A DNA stretch of 63,197 bases, counting the filler, from Chiloscyllium plagiosum (taxonomy: Eukaryota), in NCBI RefSeq assembly GCF_004010195.1. It is 4 parts of one record of this genome, joined end to end, with 100 filler letters (N's around TTAATTAATTAA, not from the genome) between each part and the next. Parts side by side here need not be neighbours in the genome. Positions count along the whole stretch, not along the records: positions 23,270 to 53,436 come from NC_057712.1; positions 53,537 to 58,255 come from NC_057712.1; positions 58,356 to 63,197 come from NC_057712.1; 1 more part is not named here. One strand, 5' to 3'. How positions within the stretch are numbered: the first letter of the stretch is position 1; each line of letters starts with the position of its first letter. The position numbers were made by a program, and so were the translations under genes. This document shows positions 51,573-62,410 of the stretch, piece by piece. Under the pieces are notes generated by a model, which saw only the letters and a program-made list of their open reading frames with translations, searched no databases and was not told where the DNA came from.

Positions 51573-54090
51573 ATAGAACATAGAAAAGTACAGCACAGAA
51601 CAGGCCCTTTGGCCCACGATGTTGTGCTGAGATTTAATCCTAATGTAAAATATAGTAACTTAACCTACCCACCCCTCAACTCACTGCTATCCATGTGCAT
51701 GTCCAACAGTCGCTTAAATGTCCCCAATGACTCTGCTTCCACCACTACAACTGGCAACGTATTCCATGCATTCACAACTCTCTGTGTAAAGAACCTACCT
51801 CTTACGTCTCCTTTATACCTTCCTCCTAATATCTTCAAACTATGACTTCTCGTACCAGTCAATCCTGCCCTCGGAAAAGCCTCTGGCTATTGACTGTATC
51901 TATTCCTCTCATTATTTTATACACCTCTATCAGGTCTCCTCTCTTTCTCCTTCTCTCCAGAGAGAAAAGTCCAAGCTTAGTCAACCTTTCTTCATAAGGC
52001 AAGCCCTCTAGTCCAGGCAGCATCCTGGTAAACCTTCTTTGCACCCTCTCCAAAGCCACTGTATCTTTCCTATAGTAGGGTGACCAGAACTGGACACAAT
52101 ATTCCAAGTGTGGTCTCACCAGGGACTTGTAGAGCTGCAACAAAACCTCACGGCTCTTAATCTCGATTTCCCTGTCAATGAAAGCCAAAACATCATATGC
52201 TTTCTTAACAACCCTATCCACTTGGGTGGCAACTTTGAGGGATCTATGTACTTGCACACCCAGATCCCTCTGTACCTCCACACTGCCAAGAATCCTGTCT
52301 TTAATCCTATATTCAGCATTCGAGTTCAACCTTCCAAAATGCATCCCTTCATATTTGTCCAGGTTGAACTCCATCTGCCATTTCTCAGCCCAGCTCTGCA
52401 TCCTGTCAATGTTGTGCTGCAGTCTGCAGTAGCCCTCTATACTATCAACGACACCTCCAACCTTCGTGTCATCTGCAAATGTACTAACCCACCGTTCAAC
52501 CTCCTCATCCAAGTCATTTATAAAAATGACAAAGAGCAGAGGCCCAATTACAGAGCCCTCCGGGACCCCACTCAACACTGTCCTCCAGGCAGAATACTTT
52601 CCATCTACAACCACTCTCTGCCTTCTGTCAGCCAGCCAATTCTGAATCCAGAGAGACAAATCTCCCTGTATCCCATACTTCCTGACTTTATGAATGAGCC
52701 TACCATGGGGAACCTTATTAAATGAGGAGAAAGTGAGGTCTGCAGATGCTGGAGATCAGAGATGGAAATGTGTTGCTGGAAAAGCGCAGCAGGTCAGGCA
52801 GCATCTAGGGAACAGGAGAATCGACGTTTCGGGCATTAGCCCTTCTTCAGGAACCTTATTAAATGCCTTGCTGAAGTCCATATACACCACATCCACTGCC
52901 CGACCATCGTCGACTTGTCTTGACAACTTCTCAAAGAACTCAATAAGATTTGTGAGGCATGACGTGGCCCTCACAAAGCCATGCTGACTGCCTTTAATCA
53001 AACTATGCTTTGCCAAATAGTCATAAATCCTATCCCTCAGAATTCTTTCCAAAACTTTGCTGACCACAGATGTAAGACTGACTGGTCTGTAATTGCCAGG
53101 GATTTCCCTATTACCCTTCTTGAAAAGAGGAACAACATTTGCCTCCTTCCAATCCTCTGGTGTGACTCCTGTGGAGAGTGAGGAGGCAAATATCCTCACC
53201 AGCAGCTTACCAACCTCCTTTCTCACTTCCTGGAGCAGCCTAGGATAAATCTGGTCTGGCCCTGGGGACTTATCAATCTTAATGTTTTCCAAAATTTCTA
53301 GCACATTAACTTCATCAATCTTGATCTGGTCAAGACTGTATTCCAGCTCCTCTAAGTTTTCATTTACAACAAGTTCCCTTTTCTTGGTGAAAACCGAAGC
53401 AAAAAACTCATTTAGGGCTTCTCCTATCTGCTCAGANNNNNNNNNNNNNNNNNNNNNNNNNNNNNNNNNNNNNNNNNNNNTTAATTAATTAANNNNNNNN
53501 NNNNNNNNNNNNNNNNNNNNNNNNNNNNNNNNNNNNACAGGTCCCACCTTCGCCAGAATGCAGTCCAATTGTCCAAATACCTGAAGCCCTCCCTCCTACA
53601 CCATCCTTGCAGCCACGTGTTCAACTGCACTCTCTCCCTATTCCTTGCCTCACTGTCACGTGGCACCGGCAACAACCCAGAGATGACGACTCTGTCTGTC
53701 CTAGCTTTTAGCTTCCAGCCTAACTCCCTGAGCTCTTGAATGACCTCCCCACCCCTCTTCCTACCTATGTCGTTGGTGCCAACGTACACCATGACTTCTG
53801 GCTGCGCACCCTCCCCCTTAAGGATTCTGAAGACACGGTCCGAGACATCTCGGACCCTGGCACCCGGGAGGCAACAAACCATCCGAGAGTCTCGCCCATG
53901 TCCACAGAACCGCCTGTCCGTCCCTCTAACTAAAGAGTGTCCTATAACTAGCGGTCTCCTCCTCTCCCCCTTTCCCTTCTGAGCCTCAGAGCCGGACCTC
54001 GTGCCAGAGACCCGGTCACTGCAGCTTATCCCTGCTATGCTGTCCCCCCCAACAGTATCCAAAGCGGTATACTTATTGTTGAGGGGAACG
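51573..54090 (-). mobile_element. Near full-length CR1 LINE (esterase ORF1, gap, RT, 3' tail) with a PLE insertion at 52725-52849
   Basis: GHSLVRG...VGTNDIG esterase; 266-aa RT ORF with TFADDTKV; same family as 291-1378. Confidence 0.93.
52821..52853 (-). ncRNA. Minimal type-I hammerhead ribozyme core, best-preserved copy
   Basis: Minus strand: ttc-CUGAAGA-a-GGGC-uaau-GCCC-GAAA-CG-UC-ga; palindromic ACGU in place of helix III; predicted GUC cleavage triplet. Confidence 0.7.
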
Positions 54091-54729
54091 ACCAGCAGGC
54101 CGCGTTACTCGCAGGGACATACATGCATTTCATGCATTTACATAGACTGCATCTTGCAGCTCTTAGCTTCCTTTCTGAGCACTCACTCACTTCCCACTTA
54201 GTTGGAGGATGCCACGCTTCTGGACTGCATTACCTTTTAAAGCTCTTCAGTGCTGTTACAGACTGGCAACTTCTGTGACTTGCATTGTCTTTTAGGTCAG
54301 AGGGAAAGGAAGGTCACCTGTCACTGAATGGATAAGGGGGTGGGCATGTTGCTGGAGGACACTTTGCTACATCAATGTCAGACCTACAGCGCATACCAGC
54401 AGTTTACACAGCCTGAATGCTGCATGTGCTTCAAGAAAATGTAACATACCCGAAAATCAAAAGGGGCAAATCTTCAGTGGAGTAAGTGGGGCTACAGTCA
54501 GTAAAGAGGCTTGGCTGACAACGTTGCCAAAGACAACACTTACAACATTGTTACAATGACCAGCAAAATCCAATGGATGACACAGTGGGAGGAATAGTGA
54601 GATGAAATAGATTAATCAAAGTTAAAAATCACACAACACCAGGTTTTAGTCCAACAGTTTTACTTGGACTATTCAAGGTGGTGGTAGAGAGTGATGGATC
54701 TTTAATCTACTGACATTGCTTTCACTATC

Positions 54730-54990
54730 TACAGCTGTTGGAGAACCAGGCAGTGAGGACATCCTGAGCTATCACCATGGAGTTGTGTTGCCTGCTGGAG
54801 GAGCAGAAGGTATGGTGGCTGTCCCATCCGATGCCTGTCAAGGGCACATCTGCCGGCTCATTCCGAGAACGATTTCAGAAATCTGTCGGATTACCCAAGC
54901 TTTGTCCCAGAAATGCATCTGGGCTGTCACATTCTCCAGATATTACTCATCTCTCATGTATTGCGACTTCACTAGATCCAGTAGTCACAA
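54730..54990 (+). pseudogene. PIF/Harbinger transposase N-terminal relic
   Basis: Across two frames: MELCCLLEE...HPMPVKGTSAGSF / SEICRITQALSQKCIWAVT, matching the HARBI1-type pattern LCxLL...LPVxxKV...GSF...GISQ...CI..VT. Confidence 0.55.
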
Positions 54991-55029
54991 AGGGAGACAA
55001 GTGGACATTTCAAGAATGTAACTGAACGT

Positions 55030-55310
55030 ATATTGATTGATTTATTTATTGTCACGTGTACTGAAGTACAGTGAAAAGCTTTGTTTGTGAGCAGTACAAG
55101 CAGATCATTGTAAGCAAGGATCAGAAAGGCTGAGACAGGCATACAGGTTACATTGCATGGGCAAGAACATCATTAGTAAGGTCATCATTATTTGAGGCTA
55201 TAGAGTCCATTCATCAGTCTAATATCAGCTGGAAAGAAGCTGTTCCTGAACTAGCTGGTGCATGTATTGAGATTTCTGTATCTTCTGCCTGATGGAAAAA
55301 GTTGTGCTTT
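55030..55310 (-). mobile_element. Rex1-like LINE 3' end (same family as 6620-6900)
   Basis: ttattgtcacgtgtactgaagtacagtgaaaagctttgtttg matches 6628-6672. Confidence 0.65.
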
Positions 55311-55544
55311 CCAAAAGGATTAGCCACAATGAAGTGTTACTCATGCCACCTATGTGCTTTTATCTTCTTTTATTGCCCTCTGGCTGTGTTTAGGTACAGC
55401 CTCGGGCTCTGACAGCGAGGGTGGAGGGAGCCAGCTCTCCAGTTGACATTGTACATTCCTTCCTCCTGCCCTCCCCCAATCTCGATCACAGCCCATCACC
55501 GATTAGCTTCCCCAAAGAGGAAAAAGCAGTGGCTACTCATAGAA

Positions 55545-56560
55545 ACTCATAAAATCATAGAGTCGTACAACACGGAAACAGACCCTTCAGTCCAACTTGT
55601 CAATGCTGACCAGATATCCTAAACTAATCTAATCCCGTTTCCCAGCACTTGGCCCATATCCCTCTATACCCTTCCTATTTATGTAGCCATTCATTTGCCT
55701 TTTAAATGTTGTAATTTTACCAGCCTTCGGCACCTCCTCTGGCAGCTCATTCCATACACGCACCACCCTCCACATGGAAAGGTTGACCCTTAGTCACTTT
55801 TAGATCTTTCTCCTCACCGTAAACCTATTCCCTCTAGTTTTGGATTCCCCCACTCCAGGGAAAAATACGTTAGCAATCTACCATATGTATGGCCCTCATA
55901 ACACTATAAATCTTAGCGAGTTTTGAGAAGATTTGCAGCTCAGGTTGTTGATACGTACGTAAGTTAGCTCGCTGAGCTGGAAGGTTTGTTTTCAGACGTT
56001 TTGTCGCCACACTAGGTAACATCATCCGTGAGAGTTTCCAGTGAAGTGCTGGTGGTATGCTCCATCTCTCCATTTATAGGTCTTGGTTTCTTAAAGTGGG
56101 TGATGTCATTTTTGGTTCCTTTTTTCAAGGGAAGGTAGATAGGATCTAAATCAATGTGTTTATTGATGGAGTTCTGGGCAGGCGAAACAAAGACAGGCAA
56201 GAGAATTCTTAGAGGTGTAGCATTCTAATTAGAACTCTATCTCGCTGATGATGTTACCTAGTATGGTGACAACATGTCTGAAAACGAATCTTCGAGCTTA
56301 GCGAGCTAACATGCATACTTTATAAATCTCTATAAGGTCACCCCTCAGCCTCCAATGCCCAGGATAACATCCCCAGCCTATTAAATCTCTCCCTATAGCT
56401 CAAACCCACCAACCCTGGCAACATCCTTGTAAATCTTTTCTGCACCCTTTCAAGTTTAACAACATTTCTATAGCACAGAGACCAGAGTTGAATGCAGTAT
56501 TCCAAACATGGCCTCACCAATGTCTTGTACAATTGCAAAATGACATCGCAAGACCAATAC
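55545..56560 (-). mobile_element. CR1 3' fragment interrupted by an inverted PLE piece (family E, 55914-56320)
   Basis: Insert: + AKQRQAREFLEV*HSN, - NSINKHIDLDPIY (PLE GIY-YIG C-terminus); TSD TATAAATCT at 55905-55913 and 56321-56329. Confidence 0.82.
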
Positions 56561-57799
56561 ATCAGCTCCAGCAAGTACTCCATTGTACCTTACCTCCTGC
56601 AAGCCACTGATATATAGTTGTGAATCTGAAAGCAACTCTGAAGGGTGTTACCCAAGGTTAAGTGGGTGGGGATGTTCTTGTTAGTGTGGGGGAGATGATC
56701 AATTTCAGGGTACAGGGAGGTGCCAATCCATTATATTTAGCATATCAATATCTTACAGTTTACATGATATGGAGGTGCCAGTGTTGGACTGGGGTAGACA
56801 GATTACCCCTTTACATGTACCACTTTTATTTTCAAGGTTTTTTTGTGATTTTGGTGATAAAACAATGACACCTTGTGTAGGTTCATGCCTCTGTGAGCAA
56901 TGAAGATACTCCAGGCACATAGCTATTTGTGTACCAACGTATTGACGATAAAGCTTGACCACCTTTTCATAGCTTCCCACTGTAAAGAAGGCATAATCCA
57001 TTCCACATAGTGCTGTGTAACACAGTGTACCTTCAAAGGCATTTAGCACAGATTAGAGGACCATTGTTTTCAGGAATTTGTGACTGGAAGGCTTGAAGAT
57101 CAGTGCGGGAACTCATCAAGACTGCCCTTATTGTCCAAACTGCTACAGGCTCAATTTTTGATTCTCTAAACTAGCCATTGTTTGTACACAGGAATTTTTG
57201 GCTTGCAAGATAGAAATTCTTGACGACAATACTGCTTCTAAGCTTCTGAAATCCATCTGTTTCCTGGGATACAGCCTTGAAAAGTTTGCAGAACACTGAC
57301 ATATCTTTCAGACAGAGACATCTCTTTGATGATACAAGCGTTTGCTGGCTATTTTTCAGCAAAAAGAATCTGAAACTTTTCAAATCACTGCAATCAAAAA
57401 CTGGTCTGGCCTTGAATAAGCATGGATTCCCCTCACTTTATTCACCAACACACTCTATAAAATTGCATTGTTGAACCCAGGTCAAACAGATGCAAAGCTC
57501 AATGCTGCAGGCTTAATTTTTTTTATAAGAGAACAAGCTTTTCTAATCCAGTTTAATATTCATGTTACCAACAGTTTACAAGTCAAAGGAGTAAACTGTG
57601 CCTTTGTACAAGAGTGTATAACAAGCAGTTCAGGCAACTCAGCAGCTTGTCCTGACATCTTATACAGTTTTTATCAAGAGAATAAAAATCAGGAAAGTAA
57701 TCAGCTGCAGAGTCTCCATCGCTCATTTTACACCATTTCACTATCAACCCCAAAGACTCTCTTTCGTTTGCTTTTGCAACACACACATCACAAAGTTTA

Positions 57800-58255
57800 C
57801 AAAAACTGAAAGAGCTGCAGATGCTGTAATTCAGAAATGGAAACAGAAATTGCTGGAATGTCTGGCAGCATCTGTGGAAAGAAATCTGAGTTAATGCTTC
57901 GGGTTTGGTGACCCGTCCTCACAAAATGCATACTTTATTTCAGAGGGAGGCTGAAGTTAAAGATCACACAACACCAGGTTATAGTCCAACAGGTTTATTT
58001 GGAAGCACGAGCTTTCAGAGCGCTGCTCCTTCATCTAGTGGTTGTGTAGAATAAGATCATAATACACAGAATTTATAGTGAAATATTACAGTGTCATGCG
58101 ACTGAAACGATATATTAAACAAACCTGGATTGCTGTTAAGTTGTTCATCTTTTAGAATGGGTTCGAGACACCACCCACGCCCTCCACCTCCTCCAAGACT
58201 TCCGTTTCCCCGACCCCCAACGCCTCATCTTCACCATGGATATCCAATCCCTCTA
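57800..58255. mobile_element. PLE termini (families B and C, minus strand) followed by a + strand PLE RT fragment
   Basis: 58165-58255 reads DTTHALHLLQDFRFPDPQRLIFTMDIQSL, homologous to 43818-43900. Confidence 0.8.
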
Positions 58256-58355
58256 NNNNNNNNNNNNNNNNNNNNNNNNNNNNNNNNNNNNNNNNNNNNT
58301 TAATTAATTAANNNNNNNNNNNNNNNNNNNNNNNNNNNNNNNNNNNNNNNNNNNN

Positions 58356-59003
58356 TGGTGGGGTCGGAAGTGGTGGCAGACACGGCAGTAGGGGTGGCGG
58401 AAGTCACTGAGGGTGTGGCATCGGCGATGATGTGAGGGCCGGAAGTGGCTGTGGGAGTGGCCATGATGGGGGCAGTAGTGACATCATCAATCAGCGTGGG
58501 GGTGGTAGCTGCATTAGCCGCATGGCTAATGGTGTTTCCGAGGCCAGGGGAATCTTCTGGAATGTTTGAGGAGCGCTGGTTATGGAGGTGGGTGGATAAA
58601 AGTTTGTTGTACTTACAGTTTTTGATGTTTGAGATGGAGTTGAAATACTGTTTGTTGAGAGTATGAATTCTCTTGAGGATGTAGTACAGAGTGGGTCCTT
58701 TGCAATTCTGAGAGAGTGTGGCCCTCAGCTGAGGCAGGGCAGACTGTAGAGAGGTTAGGTACCGGCGCATTGCTGCAAGCGTGGAGCGGAGGATCTTGAT
58801 GGAGAACCGTTGCTGGTGTTTTTGAATCTGTAATCTGTACTGTTTGTCCTGTTCGGGTCCGAACTCTGCTGGTTTAAAGGTGGTCCGGAGTCCGTGTGGG
58901 GTGAGTTGGTTACGGAGACAGGCACTGAGGAAGCAAATGTGGCTGTGGTAGCGAGTTTGTTTCAGGACATGGTTGAAGAGCTTCAGGGCTGAGGAAATGA
59001 CCT
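58356..59003 (-). CDS. N-terminal region of a Penelope-like ORF, open for ~215 codons up to a gap
   Basis: HICFLSACLRNQLTPHGL matches the PLE N-terminal HxxFLxxC...PxGL pattern; ends in a Thr/Ala-rich linker. Confidence 0.65.
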
Positions 59004-59299
59004 GGCCCATTGAGTCAACACTGTGTCTCTAAAGAGCATCCCACCCACATCTATTTCTTTAACTTTGCTTTTCCCAGCCTGCACATCCCTGGACGCTTGG
59101 GGCAATTTGGCATGGCCAATCCACCTGACCTGCACATCTTTGGATCTTGGGAGGAAACCAGTGCACCCGAAGGAAACCCATGCAGACACAGGGAGAACAT
59201 GCAAACTCCACACAGACAGTCGCCTAAGGCTGGAATTGAAACCAAGTCCCGAGCACTATGAGGCAGCAGTGGTAGCCACTGAGCCACTTTGCCACCCAC
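59003..59299 (-). mobile_element. HE1-type V-SINE
   Basis: Reverse complement of the V-domain and tRNA-like head. Confidence 0.85.
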
Positions 59300-61871
59300 C
59301 ATGGTGCTTGCATTTACATTGTCCTTCTGAGCTTCATATTAAAATGAAAAAAAGAGCACAATATTCTGTTATGCATCATCTGTAAGATGTTATTATGAAT
59401 CATTCTCAGAATGGTCAGAATGTTGATGTGATTCTGAGATTTGCCAATTTAAGTTCAAAGAAATTGATTGAATGGGTGAATTTCGAGTTTGCTTACTGCT
59501 GATTCATTATTAATGCTTTACAAAATTTGGATGCGACTGGAACTGCAAAATATAATACAATATAAAAACCATGTTGAAAATGCTAAGTATCTTGTATTCA
59601 TTTTGCATCTGTGAAATTGGCTTGCTGTCTGGTTTACATCAGTGCCTCAAATGCATTCAGCTTATAATGATTCATATCGAATATTGTCAAAACCTTGTCA
59701 GAAGTGATAGCAATTAAACATATTAATAGTTGCTTTGTAGTACAGTACTTGAGTATTGCTAAAAAGGAAATGAAGCATTTCACCCTGAACTTAGTAGGAT
59801 AATTCCCAAGAAATACCAAGGTAAAGGGAGGAACGAAGATAAGCTCTATGAGAGGAGAATGTTGATTGGTTGGCAAGTGATTGATAGAGGCACTTCCATG
59901 GAGAATGTGCCCATTCATGATGACTGACAGTTAACTGCCAAACTTTGTTTAAATTTTAAACTAGGCGAGTTGACACTGGTATGTCAAGGTATTGTCTTGA
60001 GAATTGGTTCACTTGTTTTTGTGCTGTTGTGCTGGGCTCCCCCATCACTAAGGATGGGAATAATTGTGGAGCTTCATCCTCTTGCTTGTTGCTTAACTGT
60101 CCACCACCATTCACAGGTAAATGTGGCTGGACTCCAAAGCCTAGTCCTGATCTGTTGGTTGTGGGATCACTTAGCTCTGTCCATTGAATGCCACTTCTCT
60201 GTTTAGCTTGTATCTAATCCTGTCTCATAGCTTTCCCAGATTGTTTCCTCATTTTTTAGATATGCCAGGTGCTGTTCCAAACATTCCCGCTTGTAAAGAG
60301 TCAATGTTGGAACAGAGAAAATAAATCTGAAACAGAGTCTTATTAAAAGCTTTATGCCTGAATAGGTTTCTAAATACTTACCGTTTTCATGTTGAAAACA
60401 CCTCAAGAACACAAGAGTTATATTTACCTTTCAACTTAATGGAATGCTGTATAAGACATGAATTCTTGGAGGCAATGGAGGGAGCCGGGATACAGAGGGG
60501 AAAGTAATCCATAAGCTATAAGCACCAAGGAATTGCATGATGTTCATCTGAATTTAACGCCCGGACTGATATGCACTTATGGAATTAATTTTCTGGCTGC
60601 AACCTCCTTGAGGTGAAGCAAAGTTTACTCCTAAGTAGGTCAGAATAAAGGAAGACATTGTAGAAGGAGCCAGAAATGATGGGAAAAGGAGAGATAACTG
60701 CGGGACTAAAGAGATAAGTGGGAAACAACATAGCAATGTTCATGGAGGGCATGTCTGAAGGGGAATGTGGCCAGATAGTAAGGTGTTGTGGAAGACATCA
60801 GAAGAGCAATAGAACTGGGATAAATGTCCAAACGTTGGGAATGTTCACAGCTTTGCTCACACCCCCATCCATTTTCTACCAGGTTGTCAATTTTAAAATT
60901 CTACTCTGCAGTAACTTTGAACATTGTGGAGTGGTTGAGAGCTTTAACTTAGAATCTTAGAATGATTACAGCGTGGAAGAAGGCCAGTTACCCAGCTTTG
61001 TCTGTACTGGCTCTCTGCAACATAACACAGCTAATGAGCTTCATTCGCTGCTCTTTCTCCATTGCAATTTTCTTTTGGAGCTTGTTTGAATCCACCACTA
61101 CCACACTGTCAGACAGTAGATTCCAGATCCTATTCACCTCAGATGGGTTTCCTCATGATGTCACTGGCTCTTTTGCCAATTTCCTCAAATCAGTGTCCTC
61201 TGGTTCTCAAAATGGGAACACAAAGCTGGAGAGCGTTCTACCCTTTGGACCTTTCCTATCATTCAATATGATGATAATTGAATTGAATAGGGCCTCACCT
61301 CCATTTTCCTGTCTGTGACCAAAACTCTTCATTCTCTTATTTATCAAAACCTATCTAACTCAGCCTTAAATAATTGCAGTGACCCAGCTTCCACTATATT
61401 TTCTGGAAATGAGAGCATCACTGACCAACAGGATTCATGAGAGAAAAGATTTCTCCTCTTAAAAGAGGAAACATCTTCCTGGTATTCACCCTATCACTTT
61501 CACACTGAATCTTACTTGTTTAAATAGGAAGACCTCACATTTTTTTCAAGTCCTCGTCAAGTTTTCCTCACGAGCTAATACCTTCATCACAGGAAGGAAT
61601 CAAGTGAACCTCCTCTAAACTGCTACCAATGCAATTGTATGCTTTTTCATAACAAGATCAAACCTGTACACAATATGCCAGATGTAGTCTCATCAAAACC
61701 CTGTACAGTTGCACTAAAACATCCCTATTCTTGTTTATAAATTTCTTTGCAATAAACACCAATGTTTCATTTGACTTTGGAAAGACCTGCTGAGCCCACG
61801 AATTAACATTTTGTAAATTATGTAACAAAACACCTATCCTGACTTGAAAATATATAATCTGAATACATAAT

Positions 61872-62255
61872 GGGAGGCAATGTCCTAGTGCTATTATCAC
61901 TGGACTGTTAATCCAGAGACCCAGGTTCATGTCCCACCACGGCAAATGGTGTAATGGTGTAATCCCACCACGGCAAATGGTGTAATGGTGTAATCCCACC
62001 ACTGCAAATGGTGTAATTTGAACTCAGTAAGATCTGGAAGAGTCTAATGATAACTGTCAATCCATTGTCAGTTATTGGATTAAACCCATCTGGTTCACCA
62101 ATGCCCTTCACAGAAGGAAATTGCCATCCTTACCTAGTCTGACTCCAGACCCACAGCAATATGGTTGACTCTCATCTGCCCGCTGGGCAATTAGGGATGG
62201 ATAATAAATGGTGGTTTGGCAAGTGAAGCCCTCATCCCATGAACAAATTTAAAAG
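61872..62255 (+). mobile_element. tRNA-derived SINE with an internal 31-bp tandem triplication
   Basis: gggaggcaatgtcctagtg head; aaacccatctggttcacc...gaaggaaattgccatccttacc core; tcccaccacggcaaatggtgtaatggtgtaa x~2.8 at 61932-62017. Confidence 0.75.
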
Positions 62256-62410
62256 ACAAATTCCTTCATTGGTGCTGGGTCAACACTACGGAACTATTAC
62301 CTTCTACCACCTCGAAAGAGAAAGAGTGTGGTGGGTTATAATAATCAGTGGGAGGTTTCCTTGCCCATGTTTGACTTGATACCAATATATATCACTATGC
62401 TTTCCTATAA

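Noticed and set aside
56753..57049. ORF containing QIAMCLEYLHC, reminiscent of kinase subdomain VIa or a hAT HCxxH motif
   Set aside because: No HRDLK follows, there is a stop immediately upstream, and no other kinase or transposase motifs were found nearby. I treat it as chance or an unassignable relic.
58165..59003. + strand PLE RT facing a - strand PLE N-terminus as one inverted element
   Set aside because: They are separated by an artificial linker gap, so adjacency and orientation cannot be trusted.
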